Positions 29,403-40,843 of a stretch of 64,000 nt of DNA are shown here, one piece after another. Origin of the DNA: Candidatus Helarchaeota archaeon. GTDB lineage: Archaea; Asgardarchaeota; Lokiarchaeia; Helarchaeales; RDOG01. Position numbers and translations under genes: made by a program. Position 1 is the stretch's first letter, and the number at the start of each line of letters is the position of its first letter. The DNA is taken from contig JAHPZH010000002.1 in the NCBI GenBank assembly GCA_019058315.1, positions 448,001 to 512,000 of the forward strand, in the 5' to 3' direction. The notes beneath the pieces are model-generated. The model was not told the origin of the DNA, searched no databases, and saw only the letters and a program-made list of their open reading frames with translations.

Positions 29403-31442
29403 ATGAGCAAAGAAAAATGGATTGTAACTTCTGCATGGCCTTACGCCTATGGAATTCCTCACTTAGGCAATCTTATCGGATCTACGTTATCAGCTGATGT
29501 ATTTGCTAGATATTTACGTTCTAAAGGAGCTGAAGTGGTAATGGTCTCTGGTAGTGATGAACATGGAACTCCAAATACCGTTGAGGCAATTAAACAAGGG
29601 CTTGAACCGATTGAACTCACAAATAGAATTCACAAAGCTATTAGTGATCTATATAAGAAATGGGCCATTTCCTTTGATAATTATACTCGAACTCACAATC
29701 CTGTACACATAAAATTTGTTCAAGATTTTTATCGCCTTATATATGATAATGGATACACTTTTACTCAAGAAATTGAAATGCTTTACTGCCCAAAAGATGA
29801 AATATTCCTCCCTGATCGGTTTGTGGAGGGTATTTGTCCCCATTGTGGCGAGAATGCTCGCGGAGATCAATGCGAATCATGTGATCGCTTGTTAGAACCA
29901 ACCGATTTAATAAAACCATATTGTAATATTTGTAAAATAACAACACCTATAATTAAAAAAACCAAACATTGGTATTTTGACTTTAAAAAATTTGAGGAAC
30001 CTTTGAAGGATTTTATTGAAACACACCCAGTTATCCCTGACAATGCACGGAATTGGTGCCTTGGAATTTTAAAAGAAGGATTAAAACCCCGTTCCATCAC
30101 ACGCGATTTAAAATGGGGAATACCAGCACCATTTCCAGGTTCAGAGGGTAAATCTATATATGTTTGGTTTGAAGCTGTTCTAGGTTATATTAGTGCTACA
30201 AAGCAATGGACAGAGGAAAATAACAGACCAGATTATTGGAAGAAATTCTGGTTTGATAGAAATACAAAAACCGTTTATTTCATCGGTAAAGACAATATTC
30301 CATTCCACTTACTTATATTTCCCGCACTTTTAATGGCAACTGAATTAGATTATGTCTTTCCTTATAACGTTTCATCGACTGAATTCCTTCTTTATGATGG
30401 TCAAAAGTTTAGCAAATCTCATAATATCGGCATTTGGATGGATGAAGCCTTAGAATTAGCTCCAGCAGACTATTGGCGATATAGCCTTATTGCAGCAAGA
30501 CCGGAGCTGAAAGATGTAAGTTTTTCATTAAGTGAATTGGCAACTTATGTTAACTCGGATTTAAATGATGTGCTTGGAAATTTCATACACCGAACATTAA
30601 CCTTTATATTGAATTATTTTCAGGGGAAAGTTCCGGATAGAAATCAATTAGATGAAAATGACAATGAATTAATTCAAGCAATTAAAGAAACGCCGCAAAA
30701 AGTAGCGAACTTAATTGAATCTTTTAAATTCAAAGCTGCTCTTAAAGAGGTTATCGGATTAGCTAGAAAAGGTAATAATTATTTAAGTATAAAAGAGCCA
30801 TGGCATCAAATCAAAAAAGATAAAATTACTACAGGTACTACATTGAACCTATGTATTCAATTAGTTCGCTCCCTAGCAATTTTACTTTCTCCATTTATTC
30901 CGAATTCTAGCCAAAAAATATGGGATTTGTTGGGAATTAAAGGTAATATTTCAAAAATACAATGGGATGAAGCATCCAAATTATTGATTTCGTCAAGACA
31001 TACAATAGATAAACCAATACCTCTTTTCCATAAAATCAAAGAGAAAGAATTAAATACAAAACTTGAATCCATGAAGAGTAGAAAAAATTCAGAAACAATT
31101 GAAAAATCGCAAATTTCAAAACAAGTAACTCTTGAAGAATTTAAAAAATTAGATATACGAACAGCAAAGATTAAAGAAGCAAAAAAAGTTTCAAATTCAA
31201 AACAATTGATTTCACTAAAGATTCAAATAGGAGAGAGAGAACAAAATATTGTTGCGGGAATAGGTAAAGAATATAATCCAGAAGATCTAAAAGACAAAAT
31301 AATTATTGTCATTACAAATCTTGAACCCAAAAAGATACGTGGAATTGAATCCAAGGGAATGCTATTAGCTGCAGATTTAAATGGTAAACCAATACTTTTA
31401 ACAACTGATAAAGAAGTCGATTCTGGTCTAAAAGTAAAATAA
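29403..31442 (+). CDS. metG: Methionyl-tRNA synthetase with C-terminal tRNA-binding domain
   Basis: TSAWPYAYGIPHLGN, Zn knuckles, KFSKS, C-terminal ESKGMLLAA. Confidence 0.97.
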   Translation: MSKEKWIVTSAWPYAYGIPHLGNLIGSTLSADVFARYLRSKGAEVVMVSGSDEHGTPNTVEAIKQGLEPIELTNRIHKAISDLYKKWAISFDNYTRTHNPVHIKFVQDFYRLIYDNGYTFTQEIEMLYCPKDEIFLPDRFVEGICPHCGENARGDQCESCDRLLEPTDLIKPYCNICKITTPIIKKTKHWYFDFKKFEEPLKDFIETHPVIPDNARNWCLGILKEGLKPRSITRDLKWGIPAPFPGSEGKSIYVWFEAVLGYISATKQWTEENNRPDYWKKFWFDRNTKTVYFIGKDNIPFHLLIFPALLMATELDYVFPYNVSSTEFLLYDGQKFSKSHNIGIWMDEALELAPADYWRYSLIAARPELKDVSFSLSELATYVNSDLNDVLGNFIHRTLTFILNYFQGKVPDRNQLDENDNELIQAIKETPQKVANLIESFKFKAALKEVIGLARKGNNYLSIKEPWHQIKKDKITTGTTLNLCIQLVRSLAILLSPFIPNSSQKIWDLLGIKGNISKIQWDEASKLLISSRHTIDKPIPLFHKIKEKELNTKLESMKSRKNSETIEKSQISKQVTLEEFKKLDIRTAKIKEAKKVSNSKQLISLKIQIGEREQNIVAGIGKEYNPEDLKDKIIIVITNLEPKKIRGIESKGMLLAADLNGKPILLTTDKEVDSGLKVK

Positions 31443-31605
31443 TTAGATCCACAACCCTTATCAAAATATTCAAAAAGATCTTTTTTCCTAAATAACTAAA
31501 ACTTAATATATAAAGCAATCATATTAAATTTCAAAAGAAATACAAAATAACAAATTATGTATAATAATGGCATGAAATGATTAACGGGGTAGGCGTTAAG
31601 TCAAA

Positions 31606-32154
31606 ATGGCGGAAACCGATAAAGACCTAGACAAAATGAGAAATGAACTGAAAACATTGGTAGATAATTACACAAATCTCATCAAAGACCTTCCACTTGT
31701 TGATCTAGATCCATCTAATTATAATCTTGAGAATATTATTAACAATCTAAAAGATAAAGAGGATGAAATGAGAAAAAGCGAGGAAGATATGAACAATTTC
31801 TTCCAAACTGCGCTTAAAATGCTTGAACTAAGAGTTAATTCTAATATACTCCACCAACATTTTATCGGTTGTCTAAATGTCGCAAATAATTGTGAGGATT
31901 TAATGTGTTTTAAAATATTTATGTCACAAGCATATACTGCCTACTTACAACAATTAACGTTCATTAAAAAATTCTTAGAACTCCTTGATGAGGTTGATAT
32001 TAACGATCTTATTAAACAGTTAAAATTCTTCGAATCTAATAGTGAAGTCCTAAAAAAGTTTAATTCTAATTCACAACAATTTTTAGATAAAATGGACAAA
32101 ATGGTCCAAGAATTAAACGAAAAAGTTAAAGAAATGCCTGCAAAATTATATTAA
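31606..32154 (+). CDS. Helical hypothetical protein
   Basis: 182-aa ORF, coiled-coil-like, no recognised motif. Confidence 0.65.
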   Translation: MAETDKDLDKMRNELKTLVDNYTNLIKDLPLVDLDPSNYNLENIINNLKDKEDEMRKSEEDMNNFFQTALKMLELRVNSNILHQHFIGCLNVANNCEDLMCFKIFMSQAYTAYLQQLTFIKKFLELLDEVDINDLIKQLKFFESNSEVLKKFNSNSQQFLDKMDKMVQELNEKVKEMPAKLY

Positions 32155-32206
32155 TAAAAATTTGAATCGTATTAATTTCTTTTGCTCTTTTTGTGAATGA
32201 TTAATA

Positions 32207-33319
32207 TTGAAAAATATTGCATATTATATAACAACTCACGGTCTTGGACATGCTACAAGAAGTATAGCTATTGTTCGTGAACTAATAAAAGATCCAGATT
32301 TACAAATTTATATTTGCAGTAAATTGTCTCAAAATTACTTAAATGGATGTTTTCAATCAAATTCTACAAAATTCCATGAGTCTGACACTCTTTTTGGAGT
32401 TCGTTACAAAGAATTACTACATGTGGATGTAGATAAAAGTATCAATATATTTAAGGATGGAATTAGAAAACAAAAAGAATATATTAAAAAAGAAACCGAA
32501 TTCTGTGAAAAAAATAATATAGATCTTATAATTAGCGATATTTGTCCCTTCCCATTTGATGTAGCTGAAAAATTAAAAATTCCTTCGATTGCAATTTCCA
32601 ATTTTAATTGGTATTCTATATTCAAACATATAATTAATAAGAAGGAATCACACACTTTAGTCGATAATTTGGAAATATTGAGAGAATCTTATGAAAAAGC
32701 AAATCTATTATTACAACTTCCATTTTCTTCTGATATGAATTATTTCAAGAAGAAATTAGAAGTTTCTCTTGTTGTTAGGGAATTGACCAAGGATAAATCC
32801 GAAATTAGGGATGTTATCGATTTAGAAAAAGATGATTTATTAATATTTTATGGATTAACTGATTATACATTTACTACTGATGAATTAATTCAAAAATTTG
32901 ATAATTTGTATAGCAATCATACTGAAGTGAAGATTATTTTTTCAATTTTTTTAAAACCATATATTCCTAGAAGAAAATATTTTAGATTCATTCCCGAGAA
33001 TGACCAAGAATCCCAAGATTATTTAGCTGCAAGTGATCTGGTTATTGGAAAAGTGGGTTATGGAACAGTCAGCGAATGTGTAGCGTATGAAAAACCTCTC
33101 ATCTATACTACAAGGAAAGATTTTCTTGAAGATATTGGACTCGCAAAAGGTATAGATATGTTTGGAAAAGGAAAATATTATACACCAAGGGCATTATTAA
33201 ACGGAGAATTCGAAAATTTGGTCGATTTAACCCATGAATTAAATAAAAAATCTATAAATAATAAAATTCCAATTAATGGTGCCCATGAAATATTTCAGAT
33301 AATTAAAAAATTTGTTTGA
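32207..33319 (+). CDS. GT-B glycosyltransferase-like protein (MJ1255/arabinokinase N-domain-like)
   Basis: YYITTHGLGHATRS, DLIISD, ISNFNW, DLVIGKVGYGTVSE. Confidence 0.82.
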   Translation: MKNIAYYITTHGLGHATRSIAIVRELIKDPDLQIYICSKLSQNYLNGCFQSNSTKFHESDTLFGVRYKELLHVDVDKSINIFKDGIRKQKEYIKKETEFCEKNNIDLIISDICPFPFDVAEKLKIPSIAISNFNWYSIFKHIINKKESHTLVDNLEILRESYEKANLLLQLPFSSDMNYFKKKLEVSLVVRELTKDKSEIRDVIDLEKDDLLIFYGLTDYTFTTDELIQKFDNLYSNHTEVKIIFSIFLKPYIPRRKYFRFIPENDQESQDYLAASDLVIGKVGYGTVSECVAYEKPLIYTTRKDFLEDIGLAKGIDMFGKGKYYTPRALLNGEFENLVDLTHELNKKSINNKIPINGAHEIFQIIKKFV

Positions 33320-33512
33320 TTTTTTATTGCGAATTCTTTAAATTTCAAAATTTTGAATTGAGATTACTAAATTCAATTTAAATAGTATGCATGATTTATG
33401 AAATAAGAGTTTATATTTAAAATTAGATTTTCAAAATTTTAATAGAATTTTTCCGAAATTACCAATCTGGCGCCTATAATAATTACTTAAAACTTGTTGG
33501 TGCAAATAAAAC

Positions 33513-34283
33513 ATGATCCTTGGTATTTTGGTCATGAGTAAGGGCGGAATTCCCTTATATCGTGATTTCTGGACTGAGCAAATGAGCCCAATAACTGGTT
33601 CTACAGTACTTGTTGCTGGTTTTCTTAATGCACTAACAAATTTTGCAACGCAATTTAACTGGGAAGCACAAAAAATACTCTTTAAACCAGTTGAAAAGAC
33701 CGACAGAGCAAATTTTGAAATTCTGTTTGAAGAAATTGGAGATTTTGATATCATACTCTTTCTAGATAGCTTTCATTTCAGAAATCAACTCAAAATTAAA
33801 ATCAATTATATATATGAAAACATTTTAAAGAAGTATAATACTTCAACATCTGAAATGGATGAAATTGAAGAAAAAGATGCTTCAGAAATTAGAAAAATCT
33901 TCATGAATAATAAAGAAAAAGATCTAATTATGCAAAAACTTATGGAGTTAGAGGAGTTAGGAGATAGATTCATTATTGAGTATGACGTTAGGAGTATTTT
34001 TTTACGAACAGAAGATGGCGATTTGCTCTATTATAATTCGAAAGGGCTTAAAAAGGATGAGATTGAATTTCTTTTAACAAAGATTCAAACTCATGAGGAG
34101 GAAATCGTAGGTGTTGAAGGAACAAGATGGACTATGACCCTAGATAAACAAGGAACTCCCGCCATATTATGCGAAATTACCAAAAGTCCGTTTCTTTACG
34201 GTTTTATTGTAGATGAAAATTCTGCGCTAGGACCCATTTCTGATGAACTTTCATTTAGACTTGATAAAATATTAAAAAAATAA
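33513..34283 (+). CDS. Tandem longin plus longin/roadblock-like domain protein
   Basis: ILVMSKGGIPLY...LVAGFLNALTNFA is a typical Asgard longin signature. Second domain IFLRTEDGDLLYY...FIVDENSALGPI. Confidence 0.7.
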   Translation: MILGILVMSKGGIPLYRDFWTEQMSPITGSTVLVAGFLNALTNFATQFNWEAQKILFKPVEKTDRANFEILFEEIGDFDIILFLDSFHFRNQLKIKINYIYENILKKYNTSTSEMDEIEEKDASEIRKIFMNNKEKDLIMQKLMELEELGDRFIIEYDVRSIFLRTEDGDLLYYNSKGLKKDEIEFLLTKIQTHEEEIVGVEGTRWTMTLDKQGTPAILCEITKSPFLYGFIVDENSALGPISDELSFRLDKILKK

Positions 34284-34339
34284 TTATATTAATTGAGTGT
34301 GAATTTTCTTTCATTTTGATGACTATTTAAAAGTTATAA

Positions 34340-35416
34340 TTAATTTGAAGCTTTCTTTTTACCTTGCATAATTGCAAAACCTAACTCAATCACTCTCTCG
34401 AATGGTTCCTCTCGGTCTGGTCTCAATTGTAAGGTTATTGCCTCTTCAGAACATTCACCTGCACATAATCCACATCCAAGACATTTGTCCCTATCTACAA
34501 CTGCCTTTTCTTCTAATGATATTGCACCCACCGGACATTTATCAGCACATAAACCACAACCAATACATTTTTCTTGGTCGATGACTGATTCGAACAAAGC
34601 ATTAAAAAATTTGTGTTTATCTTGACCCTTTTTTGTTATCCCTTTCATTAATACACAACAACAAGGGCAGCAATTACAAATATTAGATAAGTGCTTTGAG
34701 TTAACTCCAGCATGAACCAATCCCGCTTTATCGGCATCTTCTATTATCTTTATTGCCTCTTTTGGACTGATTTCCCTGCCCCATCCGTTTTCTATATAAT
34801 ATTCTGCTGCCGCCCCAAACGAGAGACAAGTTTCCATGGGATAATCACATCCATCACCCGTCAATTTAGTCTCCTTACGGCAAACACAATCTGTAACCGC
34901 AATTTTTCTAGCTTCTTTAATGCTTTCCTTTAATTTATGAAAAGGAAAAAGTACAGTTCCTGACTCTATCGTTTCATCAACAGGGAGAACCTTAAATCCT
35001 GGAACGTTGCTTGCTCCAATTTCTTTTAGACTTGCCTCCTCATAATACTGTTTATAAAGTTCTGCAAGCTCTTTGTCAATTTTTAATACTGAATATTCGT
35101 ATAAACCAATCATAAAAGGTGCTGCATTATAATAAGTCTTACCCTCTCGCTTGACCCTAAATATAAGTCCCTTTTTCGACATTGATTCGAGTTTTTCCTC
35201 TATCACTTCTTTGTCCAAATTTATTTTTCTTGAGATTTTTCTTACCAGCTTTTTAGTAGTATCTGGAATTGGAGTTAAGTGAACCACAATCTTTGCTTCA
35301 TCTTCAGTGAAAAGTCTCTTAAGGATCTTAATCTCAACCCCTGAGGATGTCTTAGGGAATCCTATTGGAAAAGAATCCATAAATTCTCTTAATTTAATAT
35401 ATATATCAGCTGACAT
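34340..35416 (-). CDS. HTH plus 4Fe-4S dicluster ferredoxin-domain protein
   Basis: GFPKTSSGVEIKILKRLFT, CVCR, ICNCCPCCC, two CxxCxxCxxxC motifs. Confidence 0.85.
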   Translation of the reverse strand: MSADIYIKLREFMDSFPIGFPKTSSGVEIKILKRLFTEDEAKIVVHLTPIPDTTKKLVRKISRKINLDKEVIEEKLESMSKKGLIFRVKREGKTYYNAAPFMIGLYEYSVLKIDKELAELYKQYYEEASLKEIGASNVPGFKVLPVDETIESGTVLFPFHKLKESIKEARKIAVTDCVCRKETKLTGDGCDYPMETCLSFGAAAEYYIENGWGREISPKEAIKIIEDADKAGLVHAGVNSKHLSNICNCCPCCCVLMKGITKKGQDKHKFFNALFESVIDQEKCIGCGLCADKCPVGAISLEEKAVVDRDKCLGCGLCAGECSEEAITLQLRPDREEPFERVIELGFAIMQGKKKASN

Positions 35417-35651
35417 TTCCATTAACCCAATTAAGTTATTAATCAATACTAGTATTATATCATCAATTTTTTTTATAAAAATATGTATCGATAATAGGTT
35501 TAAACTAAATTGTTAAATGTGAATTTCAAACAAAACCATTAATAAAATTTTATTCTCTAATATTATGAAATTCTCATTCTTATTTGGAGAATAAAGCTAA
35601 AAAGATTAATAATTAATATTTCGAAAATTTAAGTTAAATTGAGATGTTTTT

Positions 35652-36443
35652 ATGGGAATCAAGATCAGCGTAGCGGGTAAAGGTGGTGTTGGTAAAACTA
35701 CTTTAGCTGGCACATTAGCCCGTCTATTTGCTAAAGATAAAAAATATAATGTTCTTGCCATCGATACAGATCCTGCATTAAATCTCTTTTCTGCATTAGG
35801 AATATCAAAAGAGGAATTTGAAAAAATTGAAGCTATTAGTGAGCAAAGCAAACTTATAGAGGAAAGAGCTGGTAAACCGGGTGGAGTTTTTAAGGTGAAT
35901 CCAAAAGTTTCCGATATACCAGAAAAATTTAGTATTACAGGACCAGATGGATTAAAATTAATTAAGATCGGAACAATTGATAAAGCAGGAACTGGTTGTT
36001 TATGTCCAAGTAATGCATTTATTCGAGCTTTACTTTTCCATCTCGTATTAAACCCTAATGATGTTGTAGTTATTGATATGGAGGCTGGAATTGAGCATTT
36101 AGGAAGAGGAGTTGCTCAAAATGTCGATATTATGCTTATTGTTGTAGAACCTGGTTCTAGATCTTTTCAATTAGCTAAAAAAATTCAGAAATTAGGTAAT
36201 GATTTAGGAGTAAAAAAAATCTATGTTGTTGCAAATAAAATAGGAGGAGCTGAAGAAGAAAAGTTTGTTAAAGAGGCTTCTTCAGAAATGGGTTTGGAGT
36301 TACTTGGTATCATGCCGCTGGATAGAAAACTAGTTGAGGCAGATTTAAAAGGTATTGCTCCAATCGATTATATTCCAGATTCAAAACCAATGCAAGCTGT
36401 AAAAGAAATTAAATCAAAAATTCTAAATATAGTAGCAAATTGA
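35652..36443 (+). CDS. cooC: CO dehydrogenase/ACS nickel-insertion ATPase CooC
   Basis: GKGGVGKTT, IDTDP, GCLCP, DMEAGIEHLGRG. Confidence 0.92.
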   Translation: MGIKISVAGKGGVGKTTLAGTLARLFAKDKKYNVLAIDTDPALNLFSALGISKEEFEKIEAISEQSKLIEERAGKPGGVFKVNPKVSDIPEKFSITGPDGLKLIKIGTIDKAGTGCLCPSNAFIRALLFHLVLNPNDVVVIDMEAGIEHLGRGVAQNVDIMLIVVEPGSRSFQLAKKIQKLGNDLGVKKIYVVANKIGGAEEEKFVKEASSEMGLELLGIMPLDRKLVEADLKGIAPIDYIPDSKPMQAVKEIKSKILNIVAN

Positions 36444-36475
36444 TTCTGATTTAAAAAAAGTTAAATGGGTAGCTT

Positions 36476-37246
36476 TTACATTTTTCTGCCTGCAGCGACT
36501 TGTAAAACTTCGCCTGTTATATAGCTACTTACATCAGAGGAAAAAAATAATATAGCACGCGAAATATCCTGAGTTGTTCCCAATTTTGGACCTACTTCAG
36601 GTTGCCTTTGTAAAATTAATGCCTTTTCGATATTGCCTCTTAATTTGTCGTCCTTAACGAAATAATCAGTTAAAGCAGTATGGACAAGTCCTGGTGCAAT
36701 AGTATTACAAGTAATACCTAAGTAGCCTAATTCTTGAGCTATCGTTTTACATAAACCAACAACTCCAGCCTTTGCGGTAGCATAATTAGATTGTCCTCTA
36801 TTTCCTCTATATGCCATACTTGCTATCATAACTATTTTTCCATATTTTTGCTTCTTCATAATTGGTGTAACAGCTTTACAGAACCGCCAATAACCTTTTA
36901 AATTAACGTCTAATACTAAATCATAATCGTCTTCTGGCATTTTGTGAATCAGATTATCGCGAAGAATTCCAGCATTGCAAATTAAAATATCTACTCTTCC
37001 AAATTTATCCATACATATTTGTACGCAGTTATTTACTTCCTCTGTCTTTGTAACATCACATTTGACTGCAATTGCATTTCTACCCTTTTTCTTTATTAAA
37101 TCTTCGACTTCTTTAGCTCCAATTTCATTAATATCTACAATTACAACATTTGCACCTTCCTCGGAAAAATCTAAACACGCTTGTTTTCCAATACCGCTTG
37201 CACCACCAGTCACGATCGCAGTTTTTCCTTTAAGATTTAAATCCAT
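36476..37246 (-). CDS. Short-chain dehydrogenase, FabG-like
   Basis: TGGASGIG, NAGILRD, YATAK. Confidence 0.88.
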   Translation of the reverse strand: MDLNLKGKTAIVTGGASGIGKQACLDFSEEGANVVIVDINEIGAKEVEDLIKKKGRNAIAVKCDVTKTEEVNNCVQICMDKFGRVDILICNAGILRDNLIHKMPEDDYDLVLDVNLKGYWRFCKAVTPIMKKQKYGKIVMIASMAYRGNRGQSNYATAKAGVVGLCKTIAQELGYLGITCNTIAPGLVHTALTDYFVKDDKLRGNIEKALILQRQPEVGPKLGTTQDISRAILFFSSDVSSYITGEVLQVAAGRKM

Positions 37247-37594
37247 TTTTAGCTTTTGCTCCTATTTTAATTGCATTATATAAAATTATCAAATAATCTT
37301 ATTCAATCTGAATTAATTTTAAATCTTTTTAAATTCATATAACTATATTTTCTAATCAAAATGATTAATTTTTTTATATTATTTTATAGTTATTTCTTAT
37401 TATATTGCTAAAAATGCGTCAAATCTAATCATTTTCTTTAAAATCCAAATTCTTTTATATTAAACTGTTATAATTCTCTCTAAATTAAAAAAAGTTAAAA
37501 GTAGAAAAAACTAAATATTTAAATAGTAGAAATCTACAGAATAATGTAGACTTCTACAAAAACAATTTTAAATAATATTAAGGTTTGGTTTAAA

Positions 37595-39067
37595 ATGGAA
37601 CGTCCTACATATGCGGATAGAGTAACGGACAGATATGTGCGCCGAAATTTTATAAATGGTATATTTACACTTTTTTCAAAAAAGTATTTTGCATATACTT
37701 GCATTTTAATAATATCTATCACTATTTCTCTAATTGCTAATATTATATTACCCACTCAAAATCCCTCAATGTTAAAAAACATCGTGATATTTGAAATTAG
37801 TACAATATTTGCATTTATAATTTCTGGGATTTTGGCATTTTGGATAAAAAATAATATTTCGAGATTAATTTCTATCTTAATTTTTAATATTATATTCTTT
37901 CTCCTTTTCCAAATTTATTTTTATAATTACTGGAAGGACGTCCTAAATCTATTTATTGTAATAAATATGGGAATGATAAGTATAAGTTTCTTGATTGTTA
38001 TTAGAAATTTTAACACTTCATGGATTGGAAGGCTTGTGGTTGGGGGAAAAGGGAAAAGAACTACTGCTTTCTACTCAATGATCCGTTTCACAGGATTAGG
38101 AATTGGCTTCTCTGCTTATCTTTTATATCTATTTCTAACTCCTAAACCATTTGAGACATCTAATTATAACTTTTTATTTCTAGCTATTTTTAATGGGGTA
38201 GCTAACCTATTATTGATGTTAATTGTCTATAAAAAATCATTTTATGATAAATATTTTTCACATGATTTTTTTGTCCAATCACTAACTTTTTTTTATGGTT
38301 TTTCTCTAATACCCATGATTCTAGTTAGTTTTTTAGAAAATGAGGGTATTTTTCCATTATTTAATTTTGCTTTAATTGTATTTACAATTTTATCCTTGAC
38401 TCAAGCTATCACATCAACCCGATCTGAATATGAAGAAAGATTGAAAAAAGTTGGATTAATAGACAGGATAAAAGATACAAGAATCAAAAAAAATTCGCGT
38501 GAGGATACCACAGCTAGAGATATTATAATTATAAATATTGAAAATGAAGATGAGACACAAATAGATATACCGAAGGCTATCAAAGCTGAAAAATCAAAGC
38601 AGAAAAAAGTAGTTTCAGCACAAGATGGAAAAATGATAATATTTTTAGGGTTTTGTTTATCATTTCATTTTTTAATTGTGCATTTCTTTATTAATCGAGA
38701 TATATTATTACCAAATCCATTTCTGGACTATCCTTTAGTAAATTTGCCATTTAATTGGCAAGACCTTAACACAATCATATCTATCATAGCTTTTGGAATT
38801 ATTATTGTAAATATTCTTCTATATTTTGGGTCTAATAAGCTTAAAGAATGGTATGCAAATAATATTCCAACACAAGCGGCTTTCTGGGAATTCTTGACTT
38901 TAATTGATCGTGAAGAGCGCATGCAATTCCTCACCCAATCTGCGGATATAATACGTGAAACGCTCATCACTGGAATTATGGACTTTATTGATAGAGCAAG
39001 AGATGATATTGAATCTACGGTGTGGGAAGGAATAAATTTTGTACGTCGATTTTTTGGAATAGGCTGA
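37595..39067 (+). CDS. Polytopic membrane protein of unknown function
   Basis: About 10 hydrophobic segments with a charged loop. Confidence 0.7.
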   Translation: MERPTYADRVTDRYVRRNFINGIFTLFSKKYFAYTCILIISITISLIANIILPTQNPSMLKNIVIFEISTIFAFIISGILAFWIKNNISRLISILIFNIIFFLLFQIYFYNYWKDVLNLFIVINMGMISISFLIVIRNFNTSWIGRLVVGGKGKRTTAFYSMIRFTGLGIGFSAYLLYLFLTPKPFETSNYNFLFLAIFNGVANLLLMLIVYKKSFYDKYFSHDFFVQSLTFFYGFSLIPMILVSFLENEGIFPLFNFALIVFTILSLTQAITSTRSEYEERLKKVGLIDRIKDTRIKKNSREDTTARDIIIINIENEDETQIDIPKAIKAEKSKQKKVVSAQDGKMIIFLGFCLSFHFLIVHFFINRDILLPNPFLDYPLVNLPFNWQDLNTIISIIAFGIIIVNILLYFGSNKLKEWYANNIPTQAAFWEFLTLIDREERMQFLTQSADIIRETLITGIMDFIDRARDDIESTVWEGINFVRRFFGIG

Positions 39068-39080
39068 AATTAAAAAAAAA

Positions 39081-40334
39081 TTATTCTAGGTCTTCATTTT
39101 TTTTCTTTATCATATGAGCTAACTTTGCTTGTAGACCATATAACTCCATAAACCCTGCACTTGCCTTTTCATTGAATTTTGAAATTTTTTCATAAGTTGC
39201 GAGATTATAATCATAGAGTGCCCAATCAGATTTTCTCCCTACAATTTGTGCAGTTCCTTTATACAACTTAAGTCGAACTTCACCGTTTACTCGTTCATTT
39301 ACGTTATTTATAAATACATCGAGATCTTCTTTAAGTGGGTCAACCCAAAGTGCAGAATATACTAGATTAGCCCATTTTTCATCCACCAGAGATTTAAATG
39401 CAAATTCTTGTGTTGTACATACAGATTTTTCTAAATCTTTATGAGCACTAATTAGAAGAACTGCAGCAGGATTCTCATAAATTTCACGAGATTTAATACC
39501 AACTATACGATCTTCTAAATGATCTAAGCGCCCAATACTGTTTTTTCCACCGATGTCATTCAATTTTTGAATTAATTTTATACTGTCCATATGTTCACCA
39601 TTAATTGCCACAGGAATACCTTTTTGAAATTCGATAGTTATATATTCAACTTTATCTGGTGCATTTTTTGGATTGACTGTCCATTCAAAAGCATCTTCAT
39701 TTGGCTCCATTTCGGGATATTCCAAATCTGAACATTCAATACTGCGTCCCCATAGATTTTCATCAATAGAATATTTAGATTGGCTCGGTATAGGGATGGA
39801 ATGTTTTTTTGCATATTCAACTTCATCTTCTCTGTTGAATCCCCATTCGACAACAGGTTGAATAATCTTTATGTCAGGATTAATAGTATATGCGGTGACA
39901 GTGATCCTTACTTGATCATTCCCTTTACCTGTACATCCATGAGCTATCGCAGCAGCTCCTTCCTTTTTGGCGATTTTTATAGCCCACTTTGCTAATAATG
40001 GCCGGGATAATGCGGAATGTAAAGGATAAGTTCCCTCATATAATGCATTAGCTTTAAGCGCTGGAAAAACATAATTATCAATAAATTCTTGCTTGGCATC
40101 TATAGTAAAGTGCTTTTTCACACCTAATTTTTTAGCTTTCTCTTCAATCTTTTTGAAATCCTTTCCCCTCTGACCAATATCAAGAGTTAATGAGATCAAT
40201 GAACATTCATATTTCTCTTGAATCCATTTTAACATGACAGATGTATCTAACCCTCCACTATAGAGGAGAACTACTGTTTTTCCTTTTAATTCTTCTTTTT
40301 CTGGTTGAAAATTTGCTTTGAATAATTTGACCAC
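39081..40334 (-). CDS. argG: Argininosuccinate synthase (start uncertain)
   Basis: YSGGLDTS, HGCTGKGNDQVR, YSIDENLWGRSIE, GIKSREIYE. Confidence 0.95.
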   Translation of the reverse strand: MVKLFKANFQPEKEELKGKTVVLLYSGGLDTSVMLKWIQEKYECSLISLTLDIGQRGKDFKKIEEKAKKLGVKKHFTIDAKQEFIDNYVFPALKANALYEGTYPLHSALSRPLLAKWAIKIAKKEGAAAIAHGCTGKGNDQVRITVTAYTINPDIKIIQPVVEWGFNREDEVEYAKKHSIPIPSQSKYSIDENLWGRSIECSDLEYPEMEPNEDAFEWTVNPKNAPDKVEYITIEFQKGIPVAINGEHMDSIKLIQKLNDIGGKNSIGRLDHLEDRIVGIKSREIYENPAAVLLISAHKDLEKSVCTTQEFAFKSLVDEKWANLVYSALWVDPLKEDLDVFINNVNERVNGEVRLKLYKGTAQIVGRKSDWALYDYNLATYEKISKFNEKASAGFMELYGLQAKLAHMIKKKNEDLE

Positions 40335-40411
40335 CTTCAAAAAATTATAAAACAAAATATCTAATAAAAATTTAAAAAATTATAAAAGTTAAATAAAATA
40401 GAGATAGAGGC

Positions 40412-40684
40412 TTACCAAGGATAAGTATTACGCGCCGCTACCATCGTTGTAGTTTCATCTGTGACTTCTTTTAATACTGAATCTTCTCTAATTTTAGTAA
40501 CTACCTCATCTAACTGATTTAGCTCATCAAATGTTACCTCAACTACTACATCCCATGCTCCATAGACTGGACACGCGTAAGTAACTCTATCACGTGAAAA
40601 AATTTTTTTAATCCTTTCACAGACGTCCCACTCTGATCCAACATTTTCTAGACGAAGTAATATATACGCTCTAAATTTTGGCAT
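40412..40684 (-). CDS. Stand-alone Lrp/AsnC ligand-binding (RAM) domain protein
   Basis: RAYILL...PVYGAWDVVVEV...IRE...ETTTM. Confidence 0.85.
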   Translation of the reverse strand: MPKFRAYILLRLENVGSEWDVCERIKKIFSRDRVTYACPVYGAWDVVVEVTFDELNQLDEVVTKIREDSVLKEVTDETTTMVAARNTYPW

Positions 40685-40843
40685 AGATTTCACCTTTTTT
40701 TATTTGCTTATTTTGAGAAAAAATATTAAAATTATGTTATAATAAGAACAAGAAATAGGATAATATAAAGAAAAAGAAACTCTTTATATTATTAAAAAAT
40801 GATAATTTGGGGATTTATAATTGTCAAAATAGTAAAGTTAATG

